Source of the DNA: Verrucomicrobiota bacterium
Lineage (GTDB): Bacteria; Verrucomicrobiota; Verrucomicrobiia; Verrucomicrobiales; DEV007
Direction of reading: 5' to 3'
Assembly (NCBI GenBank): GCA_045046875.1
Contig: JASFYY010000078.1
Location: 1 to 64,000, forward strand
DNA: 64,000 nucleotides
A program made the translations under genes and the position numbers. Positions 30,017-39,545 of the stretch are shown here, one piece after another (the stretch's first letter is position 1; every line of letters begins with the position of its first letter). The notes beneath the pieces were generated by a model. That model saw only the letters and a list, made by a program, of their open reading frames with translations. It did not search any database and was not told the DNA's origin.

Positions 30017-30299
30017 GGGTGTAAGATAAAAAAGTTAAGCTGCGGATCGCTACGCATTTCACCCTTGCAGGGCTGGGAGAATTGGATTTTTTACCCAGCG
30101 CTTCGCACTGGGCTATATCATTGAGCACCGTTGGTGCAAGAGATGAAAGTAAATTGTCCTGTAAGGACAAAATGTGATAGCCCGGTGCGAAGCGCCGGGT
30201 TAAATAGGTTTTATTACCAGCCCTAAAAGGGTGAAATGATGTTGATGGTTGATAAGGTAGTTTTTAAAAAACAATGGCTAACTTTTTTGTCCTGCACCC
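30017..30299 (+). mobile_element. MITE copy 2, complete (283 bp, 21-bp TIR, 9-bp TSD)
   Basis: Left TIR GGGTGTAAGATAAAAAAGTTA; right TIR (rc) GGGTGCAGGACAAAAAAGTTA; flanks GGTCGTCTG (30008-30016) and GGTCGTCAG (30300-30308). Confidence 0.88.
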
Positions 30300-30363
30300 G
30301 GTCGTCAGGATGGCTGAACATTGCGCTTTACCTGAGATAAAGCGAGGCATACCATTTGTGCCT

Positions 30364-31326
30364 ATGGTGACAGGATCGTTTCAGAATTACATTCTAGTTT
30401 TCATCGTTCTGGCGCTAAGCGGTTGTGGCAGCCGTTTGCAGCGTCATCGTGATTTGTTGATAGGGCGTCCGGCGCTTTCAGTGCGATCGCCTGCAGGCGA
30501 TGAGGTTCAGATCACTTATCTGGGAACCAATGGTTATTTGATACGTTCCCGGGAGACGAGTATTGTGGTTGATCCGTTTTTCTCCAGGATCAGTCTGGGC
30601 AAAGTTATAGTGAACGGAAGGTGTTCGTCGTCGCCTGATTCGGTTTCGAAATATACGGAAGTGGCAGCCTTTCCGAATAAGGTTGATGCCTGGTTGGTCA
30701 CTCACAGTCACTATGATCATTTGATGGACGTGCCGTCATTGCAGCGAAAATACGGCGGTAAAATAATAAGCTCAGCAACAGGCAGCTTTTTGTCTCAAGC
30801 GGTTGATCCCGATATTAAATCGAGCGATTTGATAGCAGCGGTGCCGGGAAAATCGTATATGGTGGGTAAAACAAAGATCCGGGTGATGACTTCAAAACAC
30901 GACCGGGTTGCGGGTTTTATTCCTATCCCAGGATTGATTTCGGAACCATTGTCAAATGCTCCCAACCGCCCCAATGATTGGAAAGTCGGTGCTCCCTTAG
31001 CCTTTCTCATCGAAATCGCTGGGAAGAGGATTTACGTTGATTCTGGAGGCTTGCCGGGTCATCTGCCTCCGGTGAGTGATGTGGACCTCGCTATACTCGG
31101 TGTTGCAGTGGGTGATGGGCAGAGACGTTTTGTCGAAACGGTGCAGGCTTTGAAACCGCGATACATCCTGCCCAGTCATCAGGACAATTTTTTCATCCCT
31201 TTGGATAAAGGCTTTCGTTTTTCTGCGATTTCAAAGTTCCCGAAATTGAAGAGAGAATTCGAAGAGGGGGATTTTTCGGGGGAGTTAATATTGATGGATT
31301 ACTTTCAAACCTGGGTGTTGGAATAG
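30364..31326 (+). CDS. MBL-fold metallo-hydrolase, probable lipoprotein
   Basis: THSHYDH motif, YLGTNG, VDPFFSR, PSHQDNFF; lipobox LSGC; ATG 30364 preferred because the longer start lies in the MITE. Confidence 0.85.
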   Translation: MVTGSFQNYILVFIVLALSGCGSRLQRHRDLLIGRPALSVRSPAGDEVQITYLGTNGYLIRSRETSIVVDPFFSRISLGKVIVNGRCSSSPDSVSKYTEVAAFPNKVDAWLVTHSHYDHLMDVPSLQRKYGGKIISSATGSFLSQAVDPDIKSSDLIAAVPGKSYMVGKTKIRVMTSKHDRVAGFIPIPGLISEPLSNAPNRPNDWKVGAPLAFLIEIAGKRIYVDSGGLPGHLPPVSDVDLAILGVAVGDGQRRFVETVQALKPRYILPSHQDNFFIPLDKGFRFSAISKFPKLKREFEEGDFSGELILMDYFQTWVLE

Positions 31327-31359
31327 TCTGATGCCGAGATCTAGGCTTTGCCTGAAATA

Positions 31360-32634
31360 TCACAAGCGGTCTTTATTCTTAGTAAAATAAGCATCTACCT
31401 GTTGTTGCAGGTCGGCTGAAAGCTTTTGTTCTTTCAGATAAACGTAAGTGCGGCGGGAGATAAAAAATTTCGGGTGTTTTAACAGCTCGGCGGCTTTTTT
31501 AGTCACTTTGGTGGATGAGCTGTTTTTCTTATCCATCAAATTGAGAAAAAGATGGACTTCGTAATAGCTTTGCAGGTCGGGTAAATAGTCACACAGCTGA
31601 TCATAAAACCCCTGATGGGGTGGCTGGGTGGATGACAGTAAATACTCTAGGATGAGCAGGCGTTTTTTGCTATCGGTCACAGAAAAAATACTCACTATCG
31701 CGTCATCATAGGCTTTTTGCGAGGCGGCGACTTGTTTGAGGTAGGCCAGGGTTGGTGGAATCAGAGTAGGTGATCCTTTTTGTGCTCGTGAAATGGCGCT
31801 GGAGATGAATGCCGTAGCAGTGATGTTACGGATGCGGGCATATTTCAAAGCGAAGCGGGTGCTGTCGGTGTCCTCACTTGCCAGGTAGCTTAGCAGCTGT
31901 TGTTGGCTGCAATCCTTGCCGCTGAAGTTTCTGATGTGCTCGGTGAGCAGACCATTGGACCAGTGCCAGAGGTCGTAACAGGTGTATCCGGCTCCAAGGA
32001 TGACGGCGGTTTTGAGATTGAGGATGGTGGGTTGGGATACGGCGGCGACTTTGGGATCAGTGGTATCGTCTGCGGCTTGTTTGGCAGGGGCCTTGGCGGT
32101 CATGGATTCTTTTTCGACTTCCTTGAGCGGTGAGTCGGAATCCTTGAGGATGCCCTGTAGCTTCATCAGATCCTGCTGGGTGAAAAGCACGTGGTCGAGC
32201 TTGGTGAGTTGTGAACCAATGGCAAGGTTGAAACGTTGATAGTGTCCGAGGGCATCCCAGTGGAGCTGCACTTGCACCACATCACAGGTTTTGTCGCGAC
32301 AGATGACCGAGTCCACCCACATCGAATAAGCGGCGGGTTCCCCCTTGGAATTAAAACTTTGAATCAGGGTGTGCGGCAGGGCCTTGCCCTCGTCGTCACC
32401 AGGATGAATGATGATCAGGCTGTGCTTCTGCGTTGTTGTTGGTCGAGCGGGTTGTGCTTCGGCGGCGGATAGGCTGCCTGTGATAGTGATCGCAAATATA
32501 AACATTGGCAGGCGGAGCGCCCGCTCTACAATTTTGCTTAGGCTGCGGGTATTGCGTTGCAGGGCGAGCGCTCCGCTTGCCGAGGGTGGCCTCGTCCGTG
32601 TCGCATCCGCCTGGCGATGGGATTCGGTTCTCAT
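31360..32634 (-). CDS. Secreted hypothetical protein (CxxxxC; GAGYTCYDLWHW; helical C-terminus)
   Basis: Long ORF directly downstream of the FAD oxidoreductase; start either ATG 32634 (REP doublet translated) or ATG 32505. Confidence 0.7.
   Translation of the reverse strand: MRTESHRQADATRTRPPSASGALALQRNTRSLSKIVERALRLPMFIFAITITGSLSAAEAQPARPTTTQKHSLIIIHPGDDEGKALPHTLIQSFNSKGEPAAYSMWVDSVICRDKTCDVVQVQLHWDALGHYQRFNLAIGSQLTKLDHVLFTQQDLMKLQGILKDSDSPLKEVEKESMTAKAPAKQAADDTTDPKVAAVSQPTILNLKTAVILGAGYTCYDLWHWSNGLLTEHIRNFSGKDCSQQQLLSYLASEDTDSTRFALKYARIRNITATAFISSAISRAQKGSPTLIPPTLAYLKQVAASQKAYDDAIVSIFSVTDSKKRLLILEYLLSSTQPPHQGFYDQLCDYLPDLQSYYEVHLFLNLMDKKNSSSTKVTKKAAELLKHPKFFISRRTYVYLKEQKLSADLQQQVDAYFTKNKDRL
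32507..32581. repeat. GTAG-type REP doublet (REPIN-like)
   Basis: GGCAGGCGGAGCGCCCGCTCTAC-N29-GCAGGGCGAGCGCTCCGCTTGCC; homologous to 53987-54060. Confidence 0.85.
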
Positions 32635-32659
32635 GCTAATAGGCGGCAATGAATTCGAA

Positions 32660-35600
32660 TCATTTTTTCGCGGTCAAATCCTCTGCCAGAATGGATTTGG
32701 CATGGCTGGCAAAATGTCCACGCAGATCGGAAGCGTAGGCGGTGAGGATTTTTCTGGCTAGTCCGTCGTGATCTCCGCAACGGTACAAAGCCCGTGCAAG
32801 GATCAGTTCGCGCAGGGAGTTGTTGCGGGTCGAGTTGTCCACCGTGCTCAGTGGAGAACGCTCGATGATGTTATTGATTTCAACAAAACTGTGCCCACTG
32901 ATGCCGGGTTGGGTCAGCAGGGCAGCCAACGGGGCAGCGGCTTTGGGATCGCGGTAGTTTTCCAGTGCGATGGCAATCGCGCGGGTGTGGGAAAATTCGC
33001 TTTCCGGGGTGAGTAGTTCGAGCTTGCTGAGAATGACGGGTAAACCTTGAGCAGCTTTGGTTCGTCCCAGGGCGATGATCAGGTTGTCCAGCGGGCTGGT
33101 CGATGCTCCGAACTGACCCATGCCGCGGAAATTCCATCCTTCGTCCCAATCGGATTTTTTGATGGCGGCGATCAGTGAGTCGGCACCGGTGCTGTCGTAG
33201 AGCATGCCCAGCACATGAGCGTAACGAAGTTTTTCATCTTCTTCAGTGTTGTCATTAAAAGCCTCACGTAGCAAAGGTAGTGAGAATTTTGTATCGGTCA
33301 GTACCTGGGCAATTCCGCTGTAGTCCTTGCCGATTGCCTTGACCGCTTCCTGCATGATGGCCGGGCTGATCGGGTAGCTGTCTCCGATCGTGAGCATTTT
33401 TTCAGGGATGATGTCCTGTTCGATCAGATGTTTCTGTAGTGCTTTGATATCGATCTTGCGAATGGTCGTTCCATTTTCGGCAGCCATCGCCGAAGCTTTG
33501 CCTGCGGCATAACCCTGATTTTGGACATCAGCTTGCATGCGCATCACCGGCATCGCATCACCGTGGGCGCTCATGCCGAGGCCGGTGACGAGCAGGCCGT
33601 CTTTGCCTTTGGGCATCAGGGCGCGATAAGGGACGTTGCCGGTCAGTCCTTTTTTATCCGGCGGAGTGACCATGAACAATGAGTGGCTGGAAAAACCGTG
33701 GTTGTCGAAGTTGCTTTTGGATACAGTGATGATGTCGGGGTAGGTCCGGTCGTTGATGATATCCATCGGCGAGATAACGATGTCACCGACGATGCGGCGG
33801 CGGGCGCGGGTATCGATGAGCTGACCGAGGTCAAAGGCGTCGGCGTATTTGCGTTTGCCTACAACATGGATGCGCCACATGTCGAGCACGTCGTCATCAT
33901 CGACAAAAGTCCAGTCGGTATTGAGGTAGCTTTCGCCCGGGGTCATCGGCGGTAGCCCGGTTCCTTGCACGGAAATATGTTCGCCTTTGATGGACTGGGT
34001 TTCCATCCCAGCGCAGGCAGGGATCACCGCATTGCCAGTGGCGTCGATGACGGTATTGGCGAGCACCACTCCACGTCCGTGTGGGGTGGCAACGATCACT
34101 CCGATGCAACGGTCACCGTCCATGATGGCTCCCGCTCCGAGGGTGCGGAACCAGACGTCGCCGCCGGCCTTGACGATTTCACTGCGCAGCCATTCCATTT
34201 TGTGTTCGATGTTCCAGCCCTTGTTGCTTTTGACTCCGGGGGTATAACTGGCGACGCCTTTGTCGATCTCTGCGGTGAAACCGACCCGGTTGCCGTGGTA
34301 GTATTTTGAAATTCGACCAATGGTTCCAACCCCGCCGAGTCCGTAGAGGTATTCAAGCACCAGGGTTTTTGCTCCGCCACGTGCCGCACCGACACCGGCT
34401 GGGGCGCCTCCGGTGCCACCGCCGACGATCACGGTGTCGTAGCGGGCGATGACGGGAAGACCGCGCGCGGGGTTTTGGATTGGGCTGGCCTGGTCGAGGT
34501 CGGCTAAGGAACGCAAGCCTTGCAACATTTCTCCAATCTGGGCTTTTTTAGCTCCCTCGAGTGGCAATCCACTGACGGTGATTTCAGTGACACCCCCGAT
34601 TTTGATCTTCTTGGCGTCGACTGCGGCGGCCTTCCCGACCCGGCTGCCGAGATCAATGCCGGGCAGTGGACGCATCAGAGTGGCAGCCGCTTCACGTGAA
34701 AGGGCGGCGCAAGCTCCGAGCACGTAGACCGCGTCCTTATCATCAGGCCGTAAGGTATCGAGGTTGACCTTTGCCGCTCCAGGCCAAGCTCCGTTTTGCC
34801 GGGAGCGTGCCTTGAGTTCATCGGGAGGCACTTGATAGAGGACTTCGGAGGCGGCGACTTGATTGTCTTGCCAGCTTTGGTTGCGGGCTTCTTGATCCGC
34901 TCGCGCAAACGAGGCCCAAGTGCTGTCGGGCATGGGTAATTGCAGATCGTACTGGTAGGCTTTGACGATTTTTCCTCCTACAGAAAAACGCAGGTTGAGC
35001 TCTTTGGCCTTTTTGCCCGGATCTCCGCCGAGAACGATGCGTTGGAAAGACTGCTCGCCCACTGGGTAGTCGGTGAATTCAGCGCCGCTGAGACGGGCGG
35101 CGATGCCGCGGTCGGTGGCGTCGATCAGGACCTTGGCGCGCACCGCCTGGCGACCGGAGCGATTGACGATCGTGATGCCGGCGAATTGGCCTTGTTGATC
35201 GCGCAGGATGTCACCGAGGTAACAACCGTAAAGGAAATCCACTTTGGCTTCGAGCAGCGCCGTATCGAGGCTTTTTTTGACCTGCATCGGGGTGGTGACC
35301 GCCAGCAGTTTTTGATTTTTTGTGACCGGCAGTGCTGCCGAGCCGTCTTCGATATGAAGTTCGGCGAGCAGCATGCGATTGCAGCCCTCCGCTTTGTTTA
35401 GCGACAGTTGGATGTAGCGGGTGGTGATATCAAAAGTTGTTTTAAGGTCAACGGTTGCCTTCTCGGCTAATTCCAGTCCGGTGTTTTTGATCACGGCGAT
35501 TTCCTTCCATTGTTTGTTGTCATCACTGGTCGAGATCCGCAACTCGCCGACGGCAAAATCATTGGGGCGTTGGTAGGTCATCAGGCTGAGCCCGCCAACT

Positions 35601-36127
35601 TTGACCGCCTTGCCGAGGTCGGCGACGATGACCATATCATCATCGAATTGCAAACTGGCCGAGGCTGCGGAATCGGCACGTTTGTCGGTGAGGCGGGAAG
35701 GGGGTGAGGTGTCCGGGTGTTTGGGTGATGCGCTATTGCTGGTGATGTAGCTGAAAGGCAAGCCGGGTCTCAGTGGTGGCGCGGCTTGGGCGGCGGCGGC
35801 ATTGAGGAAAATTGCCTTGCCTAGTGGAGAGGTGGGGCTTTCGCCTTCTTCCAGCCACAGCCGGTAGGTGGCGCACATGTCTTGCCCGAGATAGGGGCGG
35901 GAGGCGGCGAGAAAGACGCTCGCACCTTGTCCGGCGGCGGCCACGGCAGCGGCAACTCCCCGGGTGGTTCCGCCGACCACCACTACATCAACATCGTAGG
36001 CGAGCGGGACTTCGCGGGCGGATTCTGCGACGGTGGCTTTTTTTTGTAACTGTGAAAAACTATCGCCAGGCAGCAGCAGCAGAGTGGCAAGAGCGGTGAA
36101 TGCGATGGTGGTGAAGCTAGGTTTCAT
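32660..36127 (-). CDS. Secreted FAD-dependent oxidoreductase, two Rossmann modules with a discoidin-like insert
   Basis: DVVVVGG..GVAAA / IDATD and DTVIVGGGTGG / IDATGNA; VPYRALMP, GLLVTG, QGYAAG. Confidence 0.85.
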   Translation of the reverse strand: MKPSFTTIAFTALATLLLLPGDSFSQLQKKATVAESAREVPLAYDVDVVVVGGTTRGVAAAVAAAGQGASVFLAASRPYLGQDMCATYRLWLEEGESPTSPLGKAIFLNAAAAQAAPPLRPGLPFSYITSNSASPKHPDTSPPSRLTDKRADSAASASLQFDDDMVIVADLGKAVKVGGLSLMTYQRPNDFAVGELRISTSDDNKQWKEIAVIKNTGLELAEKATVDLKTTFDITTRYIQLSLNKAEGCNRMLLAELHIEDGSAALPVTKNQKLLAVTTPMQVKKSLDTALLEAKVDFLYGCYLGDILRDQQGQFAGITIVNRSGRQAVRAKVLIDATDRGIAARLSGAEFTDYPVGEQSFQRIVLGGDPGKKAKELNLRFSVGGKIVKAYQYDLQLPMPDSTWASFARADQEARNQSWQDNQVAASEVLYQVPPDELKARSRQNGAWPGAAKVNLDTLRPDDKDAVYVLGACAALSREAAATLMRPLPGIDLGSRVGKAAAVDAKKIKIGGVTEITVSGLPLEGAKKAQIGEMLQGLRSLADLDQASPIQNPARGLPVIARYDTVIVGGGTGGAPAGVGAARGGAKTLVLEYLYGLGGVGTIGRISKYYHGNRVGFTAEIDKGVASYTPGVKSNKGWNIEHKMEWLRSEIVKAGGDVWFRTLGAGAIMDGDRCIGVIVATPHGRGVVLANTVIDATGNAVIPACAGMETQSIKGEHISVQGTGLPPMTPGESYLNTDWTFVDDDDVLDMWRIHVVGKRKYADAFDLGQLIDTRARRRIVGDIVISPMDIINDRTYPDIITVSKSNFDNHGFSSHSLFMVTPPDKKGLTGNVPYRALMPKGKDGLLVTGLGMSAHGDAMPVMRMQADVQNQGYAAGKASAMAAENGTTIRKIDIKALQKHLIEQDIIPEKMLTIGDSYPISPAIMQEAVKAIGKDYSGIAQVLTDTKFSLPLLREAFNDNTEEDEKLRYAHVLGMLYDSTGADSLIAAIKKSDWDEGWNFRGMGQFGASTSPLDNLIIALGRTKAAQGLPVILSKLELLTPESEFSHTRAIAIALENYRDPKAAAPLAALLTQPGISGHSFVEINNIIERSPLSTVDNSTRNNSLRELILARALYRCGDHDGLARKILTAYASDLRGHFASHAKSILAEDLTAKK

Positions 36128-36295
36128 GGATAAAAAATGTTCGGATTAAAAATCGATTTCGGCCCCTTTGGACGATGGGGTGGGGTTGGTTGCTGGGTTT
36201 TGTCACCTAATATAGCCGCAGATTGTGTTTTTGGACGCTTGTGGACAATATATTTTCTTGAAAGAAGTGGCGAGGTGTAACGTAATATCACTAAG

Positions 36296-36886
36296 ATGTT
36301 TATCAGAGCGACCATTTTCTCCTGCGTATTAGTAATTTCCCTGAACCAAGTCGTGGCCGATGAAGCTGATGCCGACAAGGTGGTGCGCGCGGCCCGGGCA
36401 CAAATCGGTGTCACCCTGAGTTACGACGGGGGCTATCAAAGTCTGGATTATCCCAACGGAGACGTGCCGATCGAAGTGGGCGTTTGCACCGATGTGGTGA
36501 TTCGGGCTTTGCGTTCGAGTTTGACGATTGATTTGCAGAAACAGGTCCATCAGGACATGAAAGCCAACTTTTCCAGTTATCCGAAAAACTGGGGGCTTAA
36601 GCGACCGGATAAAAACATCGATCACCGGCGGGTGCCTAATCTAAAAACCTATTTTAAACGCATGGGTTATCAATTGCCTGTGACAAAAGATCCTGGGGAT
36701 TATCAAGCGGGAGACTTGGTTACTTGCACGGTGCCGCCGCATTTACCGCACATCATGATCGTCAGTGACAAGAAGAGCGAAGATGGAACGCCGTGGGTGA
36801 TCCATAATATAGGTGCAGGGACGCAGGAAGAGAACCGGTTGTTTGAATTTAAGATCACTGGGCACTACCGGTTGAAGAGAAAATGA
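36296..36886 (+). CDS. DUF1287 (YijF-like) protein
   Basis: YD..Y..L.YPNGDVP..GVCTDVVIRA, DKNIDHRRVPNL, HNIGAG. Confidence 0.9.
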   Translation: MFIRATIFSCVLVISLNQVVADEADADKVVRAARAQIGVTLSYDGGYQSLDYPNGDVPIEVGVCTDVVIRALRSSLTIDLQKQVHQDMKANFSSYPKNWGLKRPDKNIDHRRVPNLKTYFKRMGYQLPVTKDPGDYQAGDLVTCTVPPHLPHIMIVSDKKSEDGTPWVIHNIGAGTQEENRLFEFKITGHYRLKRK

Positions 36887-36962
36887 AGTTTCTTTAATCC
36901 TTCTGCAGCGGAGTTGCCAAGCCCATTCATCTGGTTGAAGCTGGCCATAGTATAGATTCACC

Positions 36963-38615
36963 ATGCGCTTGCACACTCGCCAACACCTAGCCCGCCTCTC
37001 GCGGGACCGTTCGTTTTTGTTGCGCACGGGTTTTGTGATCATGGCGGTGGCTTGTGCGATCGGGTGGTTGGTTTCCATGTTCACCTCAGCACAGGGGATG
37101 CAGGCGATGCTGGTGTCTGCGGAGGGGGATGCGGGCAGGTTGGGCGAGATGCTTGGTGAGAGCCAGGATCTCAATGCCGAGCAAGCGGCTGATTGGATTC
37201 GCAAGGCTGATCAAGTGATGTTGAAGATGGCTTTGCAGCGATCCCGTAACGCTCCGCTGGATGGGCTGGGCATTGATTCCGGCGGCGATAAAAAGGCGCT
37301 GTCACTGCAGGCGCCTTTGCCGATGTTGGAGAAAATCATTTCCGAAGCGAGCAAAGTGGACGCTTCGGAGCGTATGCTGCTGTTAAACTTCGCCCGGGCG
37401 TTGTATGGCGAAGATGAAGAGAGGAACAGGGCGACGGAAAATCTGCGTCAAGCGACAGCCATGGAGCCGGCGGTTCGTTTTGCCAATGAATTTTACGCCG
37501 ATGTGTTGATGAAATCTGAACAGGGTGACCCAGATAAGGCCTTGAGGCATTATTTGCGAGAAGCTGATCTTTTTGAGGAGGCGGCCTACGCACGGCAACA
37601 CGTGGTTCGCATATTGCTACTCAATGAAGACCGGCCGGGTTTGGAAAAAATTAGCGCTGACGCTAGATATCAGGCCGATCTAGATGCTCACAGCCAAATG
37701 CGAATCGCCACCGTATTGCGTGATTGGCCGGGTTTGGCTAAAGCGGTGCTGAAGTTTGATTATGATCGTAGCAGCCTTGGGCGTTATTTGATCAGCTTGT
37801 TCGCCGGAGCCATTTGGCTGATTATCATTGGTCAATTTGCCGGCTTCGAGAAACGCCGGCTGATACTCTATGCGCTCGCTTTAGTGCTGGGGGTGATGAG
37901 TGCCAGTGCCACCTTATTCACCGTGGTGATTCAAGAGCAGATTCGGGGATTCACGATGGAGGGGGATCTGATGCATCAACTCATTTACTGCGTAGCTGGC
38001 ATTGGTTTGCGAGAAGAAAGCCTCAAGTTGTTGTTTTTTGTTCCGCTGATCCCTTTGCTCAAAAAACGACCGCAGATTGATGCTTTGGTGGCGGCGGCTA
38101 TTGTGGGTTTGGGTTTCGCCATTCAGGAAAACGTAGGCTATTATCAGGGCGGAGGTTTTTCGCCCTGGGCGCGTTTTTTCACTGCTAATTTCTTTCACAT
38201 GGCGGTGACCGGTTTACTGGGGCTGGCTTTGGTGCAGTTTGTGCGTTGGCCACGTACCCGCTGGGAAGAATTGCTGTCGACCTTTATTGCCGCCGTGGTG
38301 CTGCATGGTCTCTATGATGCTTTTTATATGATCCCGCAGTTGCTGGAGTTTTCGTCCTTTGCGCCGCTTTTGATCCTATCGGTGATCGCTTATCGCTTTT
38401 TTGATATAGGCGAGCATTTGGCTTCATCCAGCAGGAGGCGGGATTTGTCGCCTTTGGGGGTTTTTGTAGTGGGTGCGGCTTTGCTGGCTGGGGTGCTGAT
38501 GATCGTTTCCTGTTGGGGCATGCCTTTTCGTCTGGCTTTGATGGGCTTTTTGGGATCGGGATTAAGTATTTTTCCGATCATATTCATATTCATCAACCGT
38601 TTCCGGGACGCGTGA
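36963..38615 (+). CDS. PrsW-family intramembrane metalloprotease with N-terminal extracytoplasmic helical domain
   Basis: REESLK, GLGFAIQEN, FFH and HGLYD motifs within a multi-TM C-terminal half. Confidence 0.85.
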   Translation: MRLHTRQHLARLSRDRSFLLRTGFVIMAVACAIGWLVSMFTSAQGMQAMLVSAEGDAGRLGEMLGESQDLNAEQAADWIRKADQVMLKMALQRSRNAPLDGLGIDSGGDKKALSLQAPLPMLEKIISEASKVDASERMLLLNFARALYGEDEERNRATENLRQATAMEPAVRFANEFYADVLMKSEQGDPDKALRHYLREADLFEEAAYARQHVVRILLLNEDRPGLEKISADARYQADLDAHSQMRIATVLRDWPGLAKAVLKFDYDRSSLGRYLISLFAGAIWLIIIGQFAGFEKRRLILYALALVLGVMSASATLFTVVIQEQIRGFTMEGDLMHQLIYCVAGIGLREESLKLLFFVPLIPLLKKRPQIDALVAAAIVGLGFAIQENVGYYQGGGFSPWARFFTANFFHMAVTGLLGLALVQFVRWPRTRWEELLSTFIAAVVLHGLYDAFYMIPQLLEFSSFAPLLILSVIAYRFFDIGEHLASSSRRRDLSPLGVFVVGAALLAGVLMIVSCWGMPFRLALMGFLGSGLSIFPIIFIFINRFRDA

Positions 38616-38747
38616 TGGTAAGGAAACAAAATTTTCAGACAAAACAAGCTGCTCTACGAAGCTTTCATTCTGGCGCCTTGCCATTATAAATTTCCTTTTA
38701 TTTTCTCATCTGCCCTTTGCTGTTTTTTTGTTTATCTTGTTGTTATC

Positions 38748-39506
38748 ATGAATTCCGAACCAAGCCCCGAATTGCCGCCCCCCCACCTGGCGACCGATAA
38801 TGAGACTTCCCACTTGGCAAAGCCGGCAAAAGCCAGGCGCAGTGTGTTTAAAACGATCATGCTGGTATTTCTCGGTCTGTTCGTGATTGGCGGGATCGCT
38901 GCGGGGGGCTGGTACTGGTATTATTTCCATGCCAGCGCGTTTTCGCCAGTGGAGTTGTCGAGCAAGGAGCAATTGATCCTGAATGACAAAATCGAGCTGG
39001 CTGGCGGGGATGCGGTGTTTGTCGGTGCCGAGGCTCTGGAGCCGAATGATAAACCTATTGTCATTCGTGACAGCAAAGAGCTGCAGGCTCAGCGCGAAGA
39101 AGATCGCCGCACCATCATTTTTAGTGAAAAAGAGATCAACGCGGTGCTGCATCACAACACTGATTTGGCCGATAAATTGTATATTGACCTGAAACGGGAT
39201 GTGATTGTCGCCAAGGTGGTTTATCCGGTGAAAGAGGATGTGGCGATCGTCGGCGGCAAGACTTTGCGGGCAAATATCACAATGCGGATTTTTCTTGATG
39301 AAAACCGCCAACTTCAGCTTACTCTTGATGACCTTACCGTTGGCGGCATTCCGCTTCCGAATGCCTGGTTGTTTGATTTGAAGGATAAAAACTTGATTGA
39401 ACTGGATGGCGAACCGGAAGGCACGGGATTACTGAAGCGTATCGCTGATGGCATCGCCGATTTTAAGATAGAAAATGGACAGATAAAAATCCGTCTAAAC
39501 GAATAA
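38748..39506 (+). CDS. Membrane-anchored hypothetical protein
   Basis: Single N-terminal TM; SEKEINA and GGIPLPNAWL segments. Confidence 0.75.
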   Translation: MNSEPSPELPPPHLATDNETSHLAKPAKARRSVFKTIMLVFLGLFVIGGIAAGGWYWYYFHASAFSPVELSSKEQLILNDKIELAGGDAVFVGAEALEPNDKPIVIRDSKELQAQREEDRRTIIFSEKEINAVLHHNTDLADKLYIDLKRDVIVAKVVYPVKEDVAIVGGKTLRANITMRIFLDENRQLQLTLDDLTVGGIPLPNAWLFDLKDKNLIELDGEPEGTGLLKRIADGIADFKIENGQIKIRLNE

Positions 39507-39545
39507 TTTCAAACACAGAACAGCTAAAACTAGCTAATTATTTTT

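Noticed and set aside
29928..30170. 80-aa ORF (and the similar ORF at 43738-43980)
   Set aside because: Lies within MITE sequence; no transposase motifs; frame not conserved between copies
30274..30363. N-terminal extension of the MBL hydrolase
   Set aside because: Starts inside the MITE right end; ATG 30364 gives a normal lipoprotein signal
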